From Eledone cirrhosa (lineage: Eukaryota), in assembly GCA_964016885.1 (NCBI GenBank), contig OZ024745.1, forward strand, positions 42,904,001 through 42,968,000: a DNA stretch of 64,000 nucleotides. The letters run 5' to 3'. Under the pieces are notes generated by a model. The model had not been told where the DNA came from, made no database searches, and worked only from the letters and a program-made list of their open reading frames with translations. Positions within the stretch are counted from its first letter, which is position 1. The number at the start of each line of letters is the position of its first letter. Shown here in pieces: positions 46,801 to 57,747 of the stretch. The position numbers and the translations under genes were made by a program.

Positions 46801-49800
46801 GATTTTAATTTAAATAGAAATCTTTTAAAATGGGTGGTTTTGTTTCATAGAACTAGAGCCAGTTTCTGCTGGGTTGATATCAAAAGGGTTAAGGTAAAGT
46901 TTGATCTAGAAGTGACAACAAACTTTATCATTAGGTAGCAGCCAGAGGAAGAAGTGCCTTTCAGTCACTTTGATTATGCATTGACTACTTTAACTAAGTT
47001 TCAAATTTTAACAATATAAACATTTCTAACATACACAAAAATACTAAAGCCCCTATCATTAAAACACCTAAGAAACTACCTATGATAACGGACCTCGTAT
47101 GAAGTTGATTAAACCTACAAAAGTGGGTGCCATAACAACAATTTACCATCATTTTTATTTCAAGAGTTTCAACCTGAGTTTCTCTCATTGGCTTAGCTAT
47201 AACAGTCAACGCCTGTTAGTCAGACTGTAACAGACTTAGTTGACACTAATTCTCAAAACAATAAGATCAGTGATTCTACTGAAAACTACTTTCACTGGGT
47301 TAGCTAAAGCTGGCAAAGCATATTAGCCAGACTGTAACAGACTTAGTTAATACTACTTCTCAAAACAATAAGATCAGTGATTCTACTGAAAACTACTTTC
47401 ACTGGGTTAGCTAAAGCTGGCAAAGCATATTAGCCAGACTGTAACAGACTTAGTTAATACTACTTCTCAAAACAATAAGATCAGTGATTCTACTGAAAAC
47501 TACTTTCACTGGGTTAGCTAAAGCTGGCAAAGCATATTAGCCAGACTGTAACAGACTTAGTTGACACTACTTCTCAAAACAATAAGATCAGTGATTCTAC
47601 TGAAAACTACTTTCACTGGGTTAGCTAAAGCTGGCAAAGCATATTAGTCAGACTGTAACAGACTTAGTTAATACTACTTCTCAAAACAATAAGATCAGTG
47701 ATTCTACTGAAAACTACTTTCACTGGGTTAGCTAAAGCTGGCAAAGCATATTAGCCAGACTGTAACAGATTTAGTTAATACTACTTCTCAAAACAATAAG
47801 ATCAGTGATTCTACTGAAAACTACTTTCACTGGGTTAGCTAAAGCTGGCAAAGCATATTAGTCAGACTGTAACAGACTTAGTTAATACTACTTCTCAAAA
47901 CAATAAGATCAGTGATTCTACTGAAAACTACTTTCACTGGGTTAGCTAAAGCTGGCAAAGCATATTAGCCAGACTGTAACAGACTTAGTTAATACTACTT
48001 CTCAAAACAATAAGATCAGTGATTCTACTGAAAACTACTTTCACTGGGTTAGCTAAAGCTGGCAAAGCATATTAGCCAGACTGTAACAGACTTAGTTAAT
48101 ACTACTTCTCAAAACAATAAGATCAGTGATTCTACTGAAAACTACTTTCACTGGGTTAGCTAAAGCTGGCAAAGCATATTAGCCAGACTGTAACAGACTT
48201 AGTTGACACTACTTCTCAAAACAATAAGATCAGTGATTCTACTGAAAACTACTTTCACTGGGTTAGCTAAAGCTGGCAAAGCATATTAGCCAGACTGTAA
48301 CAGACTTAGTTGACACTACTTCTCAAAACAATAAGATCAGTGATTCTACTGAAAACTACTTTCACTGGGTTAGCTAAAGCTGGCAAAGCATATTAGCCAG
48401 ACTGTAACAGACTTAGTTAATACTACTTCTCAAAACAATAAGATCAGTGATTCTACTGAAAACTACTTTCACTGGGTTAGCTAAAGCTGGCAAAGCATAT
48501 TAGCCAGACTGTAACAGACTTAGTTAATACTACTTCTCAAAACAATAAGATCAGTGATTCTACTGAAAACTACTTTCACTGGGTTAGCTAAAGCTGGCAA
48601 AGCATATTAGCCAGACTGTAACAGACTTAGTTGACACTACTTCTCAAAACAATAAGATCAGTGATTCTACTGAAAACTACTTTCACTGGGTTAGCTAAAG
48701 CTGGCAAAGCATATTAGTCAGACTGTAACAGACTTAGTTAATACTACTTCTCAAAACAATAAGATCAGTGATTCTACTGAAAACTACTTTCACTGGGTTA
48801 GCTAAAGCTGGCAAAGCATATTAGTCAGACTGTAACAGACTTAGTTAATACTACTTCTCAAAACAATAAGATCAGTGATTCTACTGAAAACTACTTTCAC
48901 TGGGTTAGCTAAAGCTGGCAAAGCATATTAGCCAGACTGTAACAGACTTAGTTGACACTACTTCTCAAAACAATAAGATCAGTGATTCTACTGAAAACTA
49001 CTTTCACTGGGTTAGCTAAAGCTGGCAAAGCATATTAGCCAGACTGTAACAGACTTAGTTAATACTACTTCTCAAAACAATAAGATCAGTGATTCTACTG
49101 AAAACTACTTTCACTGGGTTAGCTAAAGCTGGCAAAGCATATTAGCCAGACTGTAACAGACTTAGTTGACACTACTTTTCAAAACAATAAGATCAGTGAT
49201 TCTACTGAAAACTACTTTCACTGGGTTAACTAAAGCTGGCAAAGCATATTAGCCAGACTGTAACAGACTTAGTTGACACTACTTCTCAAAACAATAAGAT
49301 CAGTGATTCTACTGAAAACTACTTTCACTGGGTTAGCTAAAGCTGGCAAAGCATATTAACCAGGCTGTAACAGATTTAGTTAATACTAATTCTCAAAACA
49401 ATAAGATCAGTGATTCTACTGAAAACTACTTTCACTGGGTTAGCTAAAGCTGGCAAAGCATATTAGCGAGACTGTAACAGACTTAGTTGACACTACTTCT
49501 CAAAACAATAAGATCAGTGATTCTACTGAAAACTACTTTCACTGGGTAAGCTAAAGCTGGCAAAGCATATTAGCCAGACTGTAACAGATTTAGTTAATAC
49601 TACTTCTCAAAACAATAAGATCAGTGATTCTACTGAAAACTACTTTCACTGGGTTAGCTAAAGCTGGCAAAGCATATTAGCCAGACTGTAACAGATTTAG
49701 TTAATACTACTTCTCAAAACAATAAGATCAGTGATTCTACTGAAAACTACTTTCACTGGGTTAGCTAAAGCTGGCAAAGCATATTAACCAGACTGTAACA

Positions 49801-52800
49801 GACTTAGTTGACACTACTTCTCAAAACAATAAGATCAGTGATTCTACTGAAAACTACTTTTAATAATTTTAAATGTTATCTTAGATATGCAGAAATGGAT
49901 TTTTTTTTCTTAGTTTAATGCCAAATATTCAACCATAATGCTAGATTAGTTAAGACAAGGAAATAATGCTGTTGTTTAGCTTATGGTCAGCTCTAACCGA
50001 GAATACATATGATTAACTTTTGATGTCCTGTACCACATGAAACTGCATTAACACATCTTAAGAAAGTATAAAATAGCACTATGACTGCATCATATAAAAA
50101 TTGAAGTTTATGCTTAAGTTTTCTGCAAATTTTTACAAAATATGTCCACTAATAAAGACACTATATGCATTTGAATTAACAAAGTCATTTTTAAATATTT
50201 TCTGCTAAATCATTACAGGTTGTTAAAAGAGTTAAAAGTGTTTTATCCATGGTCATCCTGTCCTTTCAGGTGTTGTCTGGAACTGCATTAACCAATACTC
50301 AATATGCTGAACATATGCATTCAACCTAGAAACTAAAGCCTATTTCCAATAACTTGTCATGTGGTAGAAGTTAATGTTATATGCATAACTGTATAGAGTC
50401 CAATTTACAAAGAGATTTGTTATCAAGTTTGTGAGATCTCTTACACAGATGGAAACACTTCATAGATTCCAAGCTCAACAACTAACAAATATGCTTACCT
50501 CATTGTAAAACTTCATATGCTTATTATCAGTATACCCATATCAATTTAAAAAAATAGATAAAATAGCAATCCAGAGTAGTTTATTTAACTTTTAATATCC
50601 TGTAATGATTTAGTAAAAAGTTATCTAGAAATGGGTTTATTAATTCAAATATTTATAGTATTTTTACTAATGAACAGATTATGCAAAAATTTGCAGCATT
50701 TGCATAAAAATTTTCATTTTTAATGTGATGTAATCATAGTGTTGTTTTGCACTTTACAAGAATGTTTTGTTAATGCGGTTTTATGTGGTACAGGAAGCTA
50801 AGAGTCAATCATAACCACTGTTTAATTCTTAAATGTATAAAGCTGAAACCAGCAAAGTATCTCTCCATCTGTTTCTACCTTTTATCATTTCATATGTAGT
50901 TTCTAATTATTTGTAATCTGTTGTATATCATGTCCAAATCTTTCCAGACCTACAAGTTATCAACAGCCATCAGTCTGCCATTATCTCCCATTCTCACACC
51001 ATTAAATTAGTTCAATTTACCTGTTTTATAAAATTCTTTACACACATGATATATTTCTGGTAGTCAGCAGCATCATTAAACAGCATCCATTCAATACGGA
51101 ATGTCATGTTTAAGTGTGGACTCTCTAGGAAATTAACAGGGAAGTAATAACTAAAAGATAAGAAAGAAAGTGATTAACAAACACATCTATTAATTATATG
51201 GAAAAAATATTGATAAAGGATTGTTAGTTTATGAGGATCTTAGAAGAAATGTAATTCTTTTACCCTATACCAAACACACACACGTAATAGCAAGAGCACA
51301 GTCATAAAAAATAGGCTAACAATGGAGTAATTGAACTTAAGGTTTACTGATCAATGTTACCAGGAGCTACTAATGTTATTAGAGATAGATTATATATAAA
51401 GATTGTGTAATTTAAATGAATTTCATTTACAAGATGTCTAAAATGTAGTTAGTTGAAGTGGTCGATATCTGTCATTCACAGAAAATATTTCTGGCTAGTT
51501 CTGACAAGAATAAACCGTTGTAACTGCAGTAGAAAGAGTCATTGTAATAAAGAAGAAACCCTATAAAACCTTATGAAGCAACAAAAGAAAGATCAAGATA
51601 GAATTAACAGATGTTATTACTAAGAACATGACACAAGAATATCCAAAGACACAGTGCAATATGACAATGATAATAAAAGTTTCTAATTTATGCACAAGGC
51701 CCCCCAAATTTTATACCAACCCTAGTACTTTACTGGTACTTTATCAACCTCGGGGAGATGAAAGGCAAAGTTGATCTTGGTGGGATTTAAACTCAGAATG
51801 TAAAGAGCTGGAACAAACAAATACCACAAAGCATTTATCTGACACTCTAATGATTCTGCTTCTTCTTCTTTTCGTATCTTCGAAGCATGTGGTTATATGA
51901 CAGTTTCCCATTTCTTTACACAGTCCTTTGCATTATTATTAAATTCTGCGAGATCTTTTAAGCTGCACTGGTTGGGAAGTAGAGGGCAAACAAGGCAGTG
52001 CTGCATCGTATGGTCCTCCTCTCCACATTCGCAGATGGTTAGGCCCCAGTCTTGTAGCCCCATCTGGCCATAGCAGCTTTTGATCACCCCATTCCTGTTC
52101 TCAGGTGGTTGAGTGTCTTCCACTGGACCCATAGTGCTTCTGAGCCAGGAGGGAGGGCTTCAGAAGGGGGGATTCCCATGTCAATAGGAGGGGAGTCATT
52201 CTCTAGCTTTCTAATCCATAGCTGTAGTCTGGTTTCTTCCTGAGATGTTGTTAGGGGCTGGACATGGCTGAGGAAGCTTCTCCTTGACTGTTAATCCACT
52301 GCCAATGGTAATAATTCTTCAATAATGATTCTTACCACTAACATTGCAGTGCAAAGGAAGAAATAACCATAAGATTATCTGATGATAGTAGACATGTAAC
52401 ATAAAATATATCAGGTGTAATAAATGAAAATTGTGCTGTTCATGTCTTTCTCAAGAATATCATTGGTGTAAATGAATTAATGAACTTTTACATGGAAATT
52501 AAAGCCATGTTGTAAATTTGATTTACTAAGAAATTATTCAACACTTCAGACGGCACCAGTAAAATTATTTGGAAACATTAGCCATTGAAAAAGGAACCAA
52601 TCATTTCCACTGATCAATTGATTGCCATCTATTACAGTTGGAAGTTGATAATACAATCCACTGCTGGATAGAGAGCTTTGGAGGGCACATGTAAAGATAG
52701 ATGAGAAACCTGGCAGTTGGCATAGATATACTGACAGATGATTGCCACACTTCAAAAGTAGTTCATTAGTTATCATTATCATCATTATCATCATTTAACG

Positions 52801-54007
52801 TCCATTTTCCATGCTAGCATGGGTTAGACTTATGTCAGTACAAATTCATTGCGGTCCTTAGCCAGAGGGAGGAAGATGAAAACCTAATATAAACCACTTA
52901 GAAAGGAAAGATAGATGAAAATAAAAGCAAAAGTAACCCACCTCTTGAAATCTAAGCCACTATGTGTGCTCTGAAGATCTTCTTTCAGCAAACGAAGATT
53001 TATCTTGGAATCACGATCAAGATTGGACTCATCTATAGTATTAGCTTCTTCCAGAAATTCTTTTATAATTGACTGTAACCAAACAAAGAAACAATTCAAA
53101 AGATATACACATAGAAAGGAAAAGAGATGTTGCCCCTACAACTCCATCAGATGTTATGGGATCATATCATATCTAAATGTACCTGGTCACCACCACATAA
53201 AGAAATAAGACAGTTGTAGTTAATATGTTTTCATTTGTTCTGTGGAGAGATGTGTTTACAGGTGTTAACATCTAGCAAGTAGAAGCCAAAGTGAAGAGGA
53301 TGTATGTTGTATACCTACACTAAAGAGGCTAAACATGTATGTTGTATTGCTACACTAAAGATGTTATACATGTATACTGTATTCCTACACTAAAGATGCT
53401 AGACATAGCATGCATGAATGTGTGTGTAAAGTAGTTCTAATCCAAGTGCTACATATGGAAAGGCTATCGTCTAAGTTATAATGACATCATGTATTTATTA
53501 CATAAAAACAATAAAATAATCATTAAGTGTCAATTTTGTTATTAAATCTTTCATTAATAACAAAATGAATCATCATTTCATTTTACGTCCGCTTTTTCCC
53601 TGCTTGCAAGGGTGGGATGGGAACTGATGCTGGCTTGATTTCTACAGCTGGATACCCTTCCTAACACCAACCTCATTTTACAGTGAGTGCTGAGTGCTTT
53701 TTTGCCGTGGCACCTCCACGACCACTTTGCAGTGGAATGATATGGACCCCAGTCCCTATCATCTCATTTCTACAGCTGAGTAAACTGGAGCAATGTGAAA
53801 TAAAGTGTCTTGCTCAAGGAAACAACACATCACCCGGTCTGAGAATTGAACTCACAACATTTCGATTGCAAGGCCAATGCTCTAACCACTAAGCCATGTG
53901 CCTCCATTAATTTCTGTTAAAACTGGTTATTATGAAGTTATTTTAAAATGTGTAAGTCAGACATTTTTTTCTTCTATAGCAAACAAATAAATGAAGTTCC
54001 TGTTTTA

Positions 54008-54057
<50 letters not shown>

Positions 54058-54778
54058 TAAAATAACAGATTAAAGTTTAATCAAAGAATCGCTGCTTTCA
54101 CCCTTAACGGGATCTTCTGAAACTAACAAAGTCAATCTGTAAACGCAAAACTGGATATTTCAAAAAACGTTGCAACCGGAGGAAGACAGGAAGACGATAC
54201 TTTGGTTCGTGGAAACGTTCGCTGGCTAAGAACCTTTGCTTAAACTTTAATCTGTTATTTTAATAAATATTTGCTCTACGGTTCTTATATATTTGATATA
54301 TATTTATCCTTATCGAGCCCTCTTTGGATTTTAGTCTTCAAATTTATTATTATTACTATATATATATATATATATATATATAGAAAAAATTTTTAACCCC
54401 GACAGCAGAGCACAAGCTGTTTCGACAGCTATTTCTGGACGTCAAAACGGCTTGTGCTCTGCCGTCGGGGTTAAACATTTTCCTATTACCCACTCTACTA
54501 CCCTAAGTATTGAGTACTCTGGTGCCTTATGATCCATCTGGTTCCTTACCACACCTCCTTCATTATATATATATATAGAGAGAGAGAGAGAATATTCAAC
54601 AAAGAACTAAAAACACATATAAGAAAGTACCTTTTTCTTAATATATGCATCAACGCTTAAATCATCTACCCTGTCATTATATTTCTGACTTCCACAAAAG
54701 GCAGCAAAATCAGGACTGTCTTCAAGACGCCACTGCCAAAATCTTTCAAAAAAGTCTTCAAGCTTTGAATCTTTACCC
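27230..54778 (-). CDS. Multi-exon gene (>=16 coding exons, 5' exon not located) encoding a DUF885-family putative zinc metalloprotein, about 577 aa
   Basis: Manually joined exons 54631-54778, 52942-53072, 51021-51150, 46055-46123, 45649-45758, 40587-40674, 39149-39403, 38137-38231, 36750-36866, 34853-34913, 34650-34760, 34157-34221, 32757-32828, 30628-30730, 28578-28644, 27230-27342. Every intron is GT..AG, phases match at all 15 junctions, total 1735 nt ending in TGA at 27230. DUF885-type motifs [51 protein letters not shown] and [11 protein letters not shown]. Confidence 0.93.
28578..28644 (-). CDS. DUF885 gene exon 15
   Basis: ttgcAG / GTaaat; [22 protein letters not shown] + 1 nt. Confidence 0.93.
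29388..29606. mobile_element. piggyBac-type MITE (TIR CCCTTTAGCATTTA, TTAA-type flanks)
   Basis: CCCTTTAGCATTTA ... TAAATGCTAAAGGG|TTAA. Confidence 0.75.
30091..30545 (-). mobile_element. Two tandem SINE copies (Meta-like core)
   Basis: Two head-to-tail reverse-complement copies of the consensus. Confidence 0.8.
30628..30730 (-). CDS. DUF885 gene exon 14
   Basis: cttcAG / GTaaaa; 1 nt + [34 protein letters not shown]. Confidence 0.93.
32398..32568 (-). mobile_element. SINE (Meta-like core) in DUF885 intron 13
   Basis: Reverse-complement match to the consensus with a short internal deletion. Confidence 0.82.
32757..32828 (-). CDS. DUF885 gene exon 13
   Basis: catttAG / GTaagt; 1 nt + [23 protein letters not shown] + 2 nt. 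Confidence 0.93.
33281..33763. mobile_element. Second copy of the piggyBac-type MITE with nested SINE and a 22-bp tandem repeat (33571-33685)
   Basis: TTAA|CCCTTTAACATTTA ... TAAATGCTAAAAGG|TTAA; internal sequence matches 29388-29606; about 5x CAATACCTAAACATCAGTATAAG. Confidence 0.75.
33325..33500 (+). mobile_element. SINE (Meta-like core) nested in a piggyBac-type MITE
   Basis: Consensus match; flanked by a repeated ATATTTTCA. Confidence 0.82.
34157..34221 (-). CDS. DUF885 gene exon 12
   Basis: tgacAG / GTaagt; [21 protein letters not shown] + 2 nt. Confidence 0.93.
34650..34760 (-). CDS. DUF885 gene exon 11
   Basis: ttttcAG / GTaagt; [37 protein letters not shown]. Confidence 0.92.
34853..34913 (-). 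CDS. DUF885 gene exon 10 (HExxPGHH motif)
   Basis: tttgtAG / GTatag; 1 nt + [20 protein letters not shown]. Confidence 0.94.
35190..35990 (+). mobile_element. CRE-like (restriction-like endonuclease class) non-LTR retrotransposon RT fragment
   Basis: [22 protein letters not shown] and [14 protein letters not shown] motifs; GC-rich island with stops and deletions. Confidence 0.8.
36750..36866 (-). CDS. DUF885 gene exon 9
   Basis: AG / GTaagg; 1 nt + [38 protein letters not shown] + 2 nt (A.Y....DGSRPG.Y..N-type motif). Confidence 0.92.
37285..37722 (+). mobile_element. RTE-dependent SINE-like repeat with internal about 42-bp tandem units; relatives at 13350-13622, 23990-24370(-), 25010-25580, 38590-38900, 39640-40092
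   Basis: Shared AGGAAGGGCATCCAGCTGTAGAAAC motif, repeated GTGGTAGTGCTGGTGCCA..ATAAAA..CACCCAG units and 3' GCATGGAAAAGCGGACGTTAAATGATGATG tail matching the RTE 3' end at 40981-41035. Confidence 0.7.
38137..38231 (-). CDS. DUF885 gene exon 8
   Basis: atttcAG / GTgagt; [31 protein letters not shown] + 2 nt. Confidence 0.9.
38906..39071. mobile_element. hAT-type MITE
   Basis: Ends CAATGGTTCACAAA / TTTGGGAAACCCTG with 8-bp TSD GTCTAACC / GTCTAACG. Confidence 0.75.
39149..39403 (-). CDS. DUF885 gene exon 7
   Basis: ctgctAG / GTacgc; [56 protein letters not shown]...FCQTK (G..FY......HT....PEEIH.LGL.EV.RI motif). Confidence 0.93.
40587..40674 (-). CDS. DUF885 gene exon 6
   Basis: ctttttAG / GTgaat; 1 nt + [29 protein letters not shown]. 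Confidence 0.87.
40981..43906 (-). mobile_element. 5'-truncated RTE-clade LINE (APE endonuclease + RT), degenerate, in DUF885 intron 5
   Basis: [20 protein letters not shown] and QHRLVV (APE); [23 protein letters not shown] and RMRWYGHV (RT/C-terminus) spread over 4 ORFs; 3' tail (GAT)n at 40981-40998; TA-rich repeats on both sides. Confidence 0.95.
45649..45758 (-). CDS. DUF885 gene exon 5
   Basis: tttttaAG / GTaagt; [36 protein letters not shown] + 2 nt. Confidence 0.85.
46055..46123 (-). CDS. DUF885 gene exon 4
   Basis: ttttcAG / GTaagt; [23 protein letters not shown]. Confidence 0.85.
47216..49860. repeat. Tandem array, 107-bp unit x about 24.7, in DUF885 intron 3
   Basis: Unit AGCCAGACTGTAACAGACTTAGTT(AAT/GAC)ACTACTTCTCAAAACAATAAGATCAGTGATTCTACTGAAAACTACTTTCACTGGGTTAGCTAAAGCTGGCAAAGCATATT; period checked at 47281, 47388 and 48244. 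Confidence 0.97.
50020..50800. mobile_element. Two copies of an about 200-bp MITE in opposite orientation (50020-50228, 50590-50800); third copy at 37848-38053
   Basis: Shared TCCTGTACCACAT...AAATCATTACAGG(A/T)TGTTAA sequence. Confidence 0.6.
51021..51150 (-). CDS. DUF885 gene exon 3
   Basis: tcttttAG / GTaaat; 1 nt + [43 protein letters not shown]. Confidence 0.88.
51858..52290 (-). mobile_element. I-group (Vingi-like) LINE 3' end with CCHC motif and (GAA)n tail
   Basis: LNHLRTGMG and [19 protein letters not shown] motifs; GAAGAAGAA tail at about 51860. Confidence 0.6.
52942..53072 (-). CDS. DUF885 gene exon 2 (visible numbering)
   Basis: ttacAG / GTgggt; [43 protein letters not shown] + 2 nt. 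Confidence 0.88.
54050..54360. mobile_element. Penelope-like terminal repeat relic with internal partial inversion; another copy at 12305-12500
   Basis: 54053-54095 is the reverse complement of 54235-54270; both match 12305-12500; bounded by (TA)n. Confidence 0.5.
54631..54778 (-). CDS. DUF885 gene, first visible coding exon
   Basis: Acceptor ttttcAG, donor GTactt; 1 nt + [49 protein letters not shown] (DUF885 N-terminal W..RL..SP.FA...G...Y.D pattern). Confidence 0.9.
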
Positions 54779-55069
54779 CTGAAAATATAAAGTGATTATA
54801 AGTATCAGTAAAATTTCAATACAGTGCTCTAAGCAATACCACAAGACAATTACAAACAACGCCATCAACTTAAATGTCATACATTTTATTCTATACAAGT
54901 AAATTCTGTTCTATTTTGTTTTGTTTTTGTCTTAATACTCCGAGGACAATGTTTGACTATTTTGTCAGACACTGTGGACTCCAAATAGATCAACAGTACT
55001 TTCAATAGAGGGTTAAACTGTCCATCTCCATTTCGATCGCCGATGACCACAGAGTTTTTTTACTTATTA

Positions 55070-55094
<25 letters not shown>

Positions 55095-55109
<15 letters not shown>

Positions 55110-55750
55110 CATCATCATCGTTGTCATCGTTTTAATGTCTGCTTTCTCTGCTAGCAAGGGTTGGACAGGTCTACATAGACTAAGTCAGTACTGAAGCAAA
55201 GCCACTGATCTCCCAGAGAACTGTCTTGATCATGTATGGTCAACATTCCACTGAGTGCACAGGAGAGGTTGTCATGTCTTTGACACAACTGAGGGTCTTC
55301 CCAGCCATTTGTTTGTCAAGATTTCTATGGCTGGAGCCCTTTCTTTCACCAGCCATTTGGGATGGGGGGAGGGCAGCTGCTAGGAGTGGGGAGGGACATG
55401 TGGGGGGGGGGGCATGGAGCTAGGTCAAGTCACATGGTATACTGCAGGTTGGGTCTTCCTCGACATAATATAGTGTCAGCCCTTGCAGTCTTTAGTCATT
55501 TGTTGTGAGGTTTAGTTTTTTAAAGTTGGTCTTCCCAACCTCATCCTGTGTCTTCCTGGGTCTGCCTCTTCCATGGAGCCCAGCCACTGGGGTTTCTCTG
55601 CTTCTCTTTATGGAGCTATCTTCCACGTGCATCACATACCAACACAGTCTTCTCTCTTGCACACTACAACCTATCCCTCTTATGTCTTCTACAGTCAAGG
55701 TCCATGTTCCATGTTTCATTGCCATGTAACATTGCAGTTCACACACAAGA

Positions 55751-55781
<31 letters not shown>

Positions 55782-56150
55782 TACACATATATATATATAT
55801 ATGAGTGAGTGTGTGTTTTATCATCATCAACATTTAACATCTCTGTTTTTCCATGGTTCTTCTTTACTGTCATAGGTGTCAAGTAAAATATCTTTAAATC
55901 TGTTACTGGCAGAGGAGTCTTTCAGCTTCCAGATCTTTCTTCTCCAGGTTGCCTTCTGTTTCCAAGTTCGTCTAGTTCTGACAGTGAGGTTGCTGACAAC
56001 TAAGTTATGTTGGGAGGTACATTCCTCACCAGGGAAGGCTTTTGTGTTTACAACCGTCCATCTATCTATCACGTCCTCTGATGAGGATAAAATCTATCTG
56101 ACTAGAATGCTCCCCTGATCTATAGGTGATCAGATGGTTGTCAGGTTTTT
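55095..56150 (-). mobile_element. Fragmented RTE-family relics (APE piece, 3' end, SINE-like tail)
   Basis: NTKAFPGEECTSQHNLVV (55827-56072) and RGRPRKT (55492-55833) match the 41-43 kb element; (GAT)n tail near 55105. Confidence 0.8.
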
Positions 56151-57127
56151 TTTTAAGGTTGTGTTACATATTTATATATATATACTAGCAGAAAAACTAC
56201 CCTTCGGGTGGTTTTCTGCTAGCATGTGTAGTGTGCATATTGGTATTATACGCAAATATATATGCATGTAGATATATGTAAATTGAAAAGTAAATTGACG
56301 ATATCTTCTTCTTCACCCATTTATTTCTGAGAGGATCATGGGGGCAGAGTCCTTCTCAAACACTCCTTCCAGCGAGTCTGCCAGTAGCAAACATCTCTAA
56401 CTGATCCAGCTGGATCCCTAAGCATGACCAGCCAAGTTCATGAATGTTATCCAACTATCTTGCTTAGGGTCTACCTCTGGGTCTCTTGCCGGTTGGTTTT
56501 GCCTGTAAAATGTGTCCAGTGATTCTTTACTGAGACATTCTAACCACATGATCATAATATCGGAGTTGTGATCTCTCAATTCGGAGAAGTAGCGGCTCTA
56601 CCAGGAATGACTCTCTGGTCTCTGACTTATGCACTTTATCGAGTAATCCCATTTCTGCCACATTTATTTGCAATTGTATTCTTTTGGTCATTACTCAAGA
56701 TTCATGATCCTCGGTAAGAGTTGGCAGGAATACCGGGAAGACAGCGAGTTTGGCTTTTACACCTACCCCCCTTCATCTGATTGCTGAATGCTGAGGCTGG
56801 CGCATTACTGCATCAGCTTTTGCAATTCTTGCACTTAATTCAGCCTCCTGCATTCCATCACTCATGAACACGGCTCCAAGATACTTGAACTTCTCTAACT
56901 GCTTCAGTAGAACTCCATTCACATGTATATAAATTTGTGGGACTTCTGTCCACCCGTCCATCACGCAATGTGTATGTGTGTTTGTGTGAATGTATGTGTG
57001 TAAAAGGAAGGAAAGGGATACACACATATATATGTCTAACTTAAAAACAGTGACACACACACACGTCTCTAATTTAAGAGCGCCGACAAACTCACGCGCG
57101 CGCACATACACACACTGTCCTATTACC

Positions 57128-57600
57128 ACTCAAGAGCTTTGGCTCGGACTAACATCCCCTCAATTTTGGAACCATCTAGGTTGTCCTGAATTGATGGGAA
57201 AAGACTTGACGGTCTTACTCTGTGCTCCTGGTCAAGAGGCAGGTGCCTTACCTGGGACGTCACAGTTAGTGACTCTTTTGCTTCTTCCCACATCCTGGAT
57301 GCAGCGCATAGGGCGAGAGCTACAGCATCCGCAGCTGAACGGAACAAAATCCTAAAATACCGAGATCTGTCAGCTAACTACATTATCCAGGCTGTGACGT
57401 TCGAGACATTTGGGGGACTCGGGTTGCTGACAGCGAGATTCTTATCTTCACTGGCGGCTCGCCAAACAGAAGTAACTGGTGATGCTCATGAGGGCACTTG
57501 GTTGTTCCAGCACTTCAGCATCGCCATCACCCCAGGTAACACTGCAAGCGTGCTGGCCTGCCTCAAAAATTATTAGAGAGGTTTCCTAGTGCTCCTCGCT
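57128..57600 (+). mobile_element. CRE-like retrotransposon 3' end (RLE domain)
   Basis: Translation KRALARTNIPSILEP..*.DGKRLDG...WDVTVSD...AAERNKILKY...VTFETFGGLG...SIAI..GN (PD-D-xK-type RLE signature). Confidence 0.8.
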
Positions 57601-57747
57601 ATATTGCTATCTTTTGCTCTGGAAGTGGCTCGTTTTTCCACTCTTTCGTCTGCATTTTGTTCTGTGGTCTAAGATGTGTGTATTACGTACTTGGGTATTT
57701 TTTCTCTTTCTTTTTTTCATTTCCTTTCCTTTGTATATATTATATTG

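Noticed and set aside
47216-49860. CRISPR-like array
   Set aside because: Units are contiguous near-identical 107-mers with no unique spacers and no cas genes; the context is a eukaryotic intron.
50485-50525. Extra DUF885 exon suggested by strong donor GAG|GTAAGC near 50499
   Set aside because: No good acceptor or homologous peptide upstream, and exons 3 and 4 already join in frame.
27230-54778. Bacterial contamination as the source of the DUF885 sequence
   Set aside because: The coding sequence is split by 15 spliceosomal introns filled with animal SINEs and LINEs.
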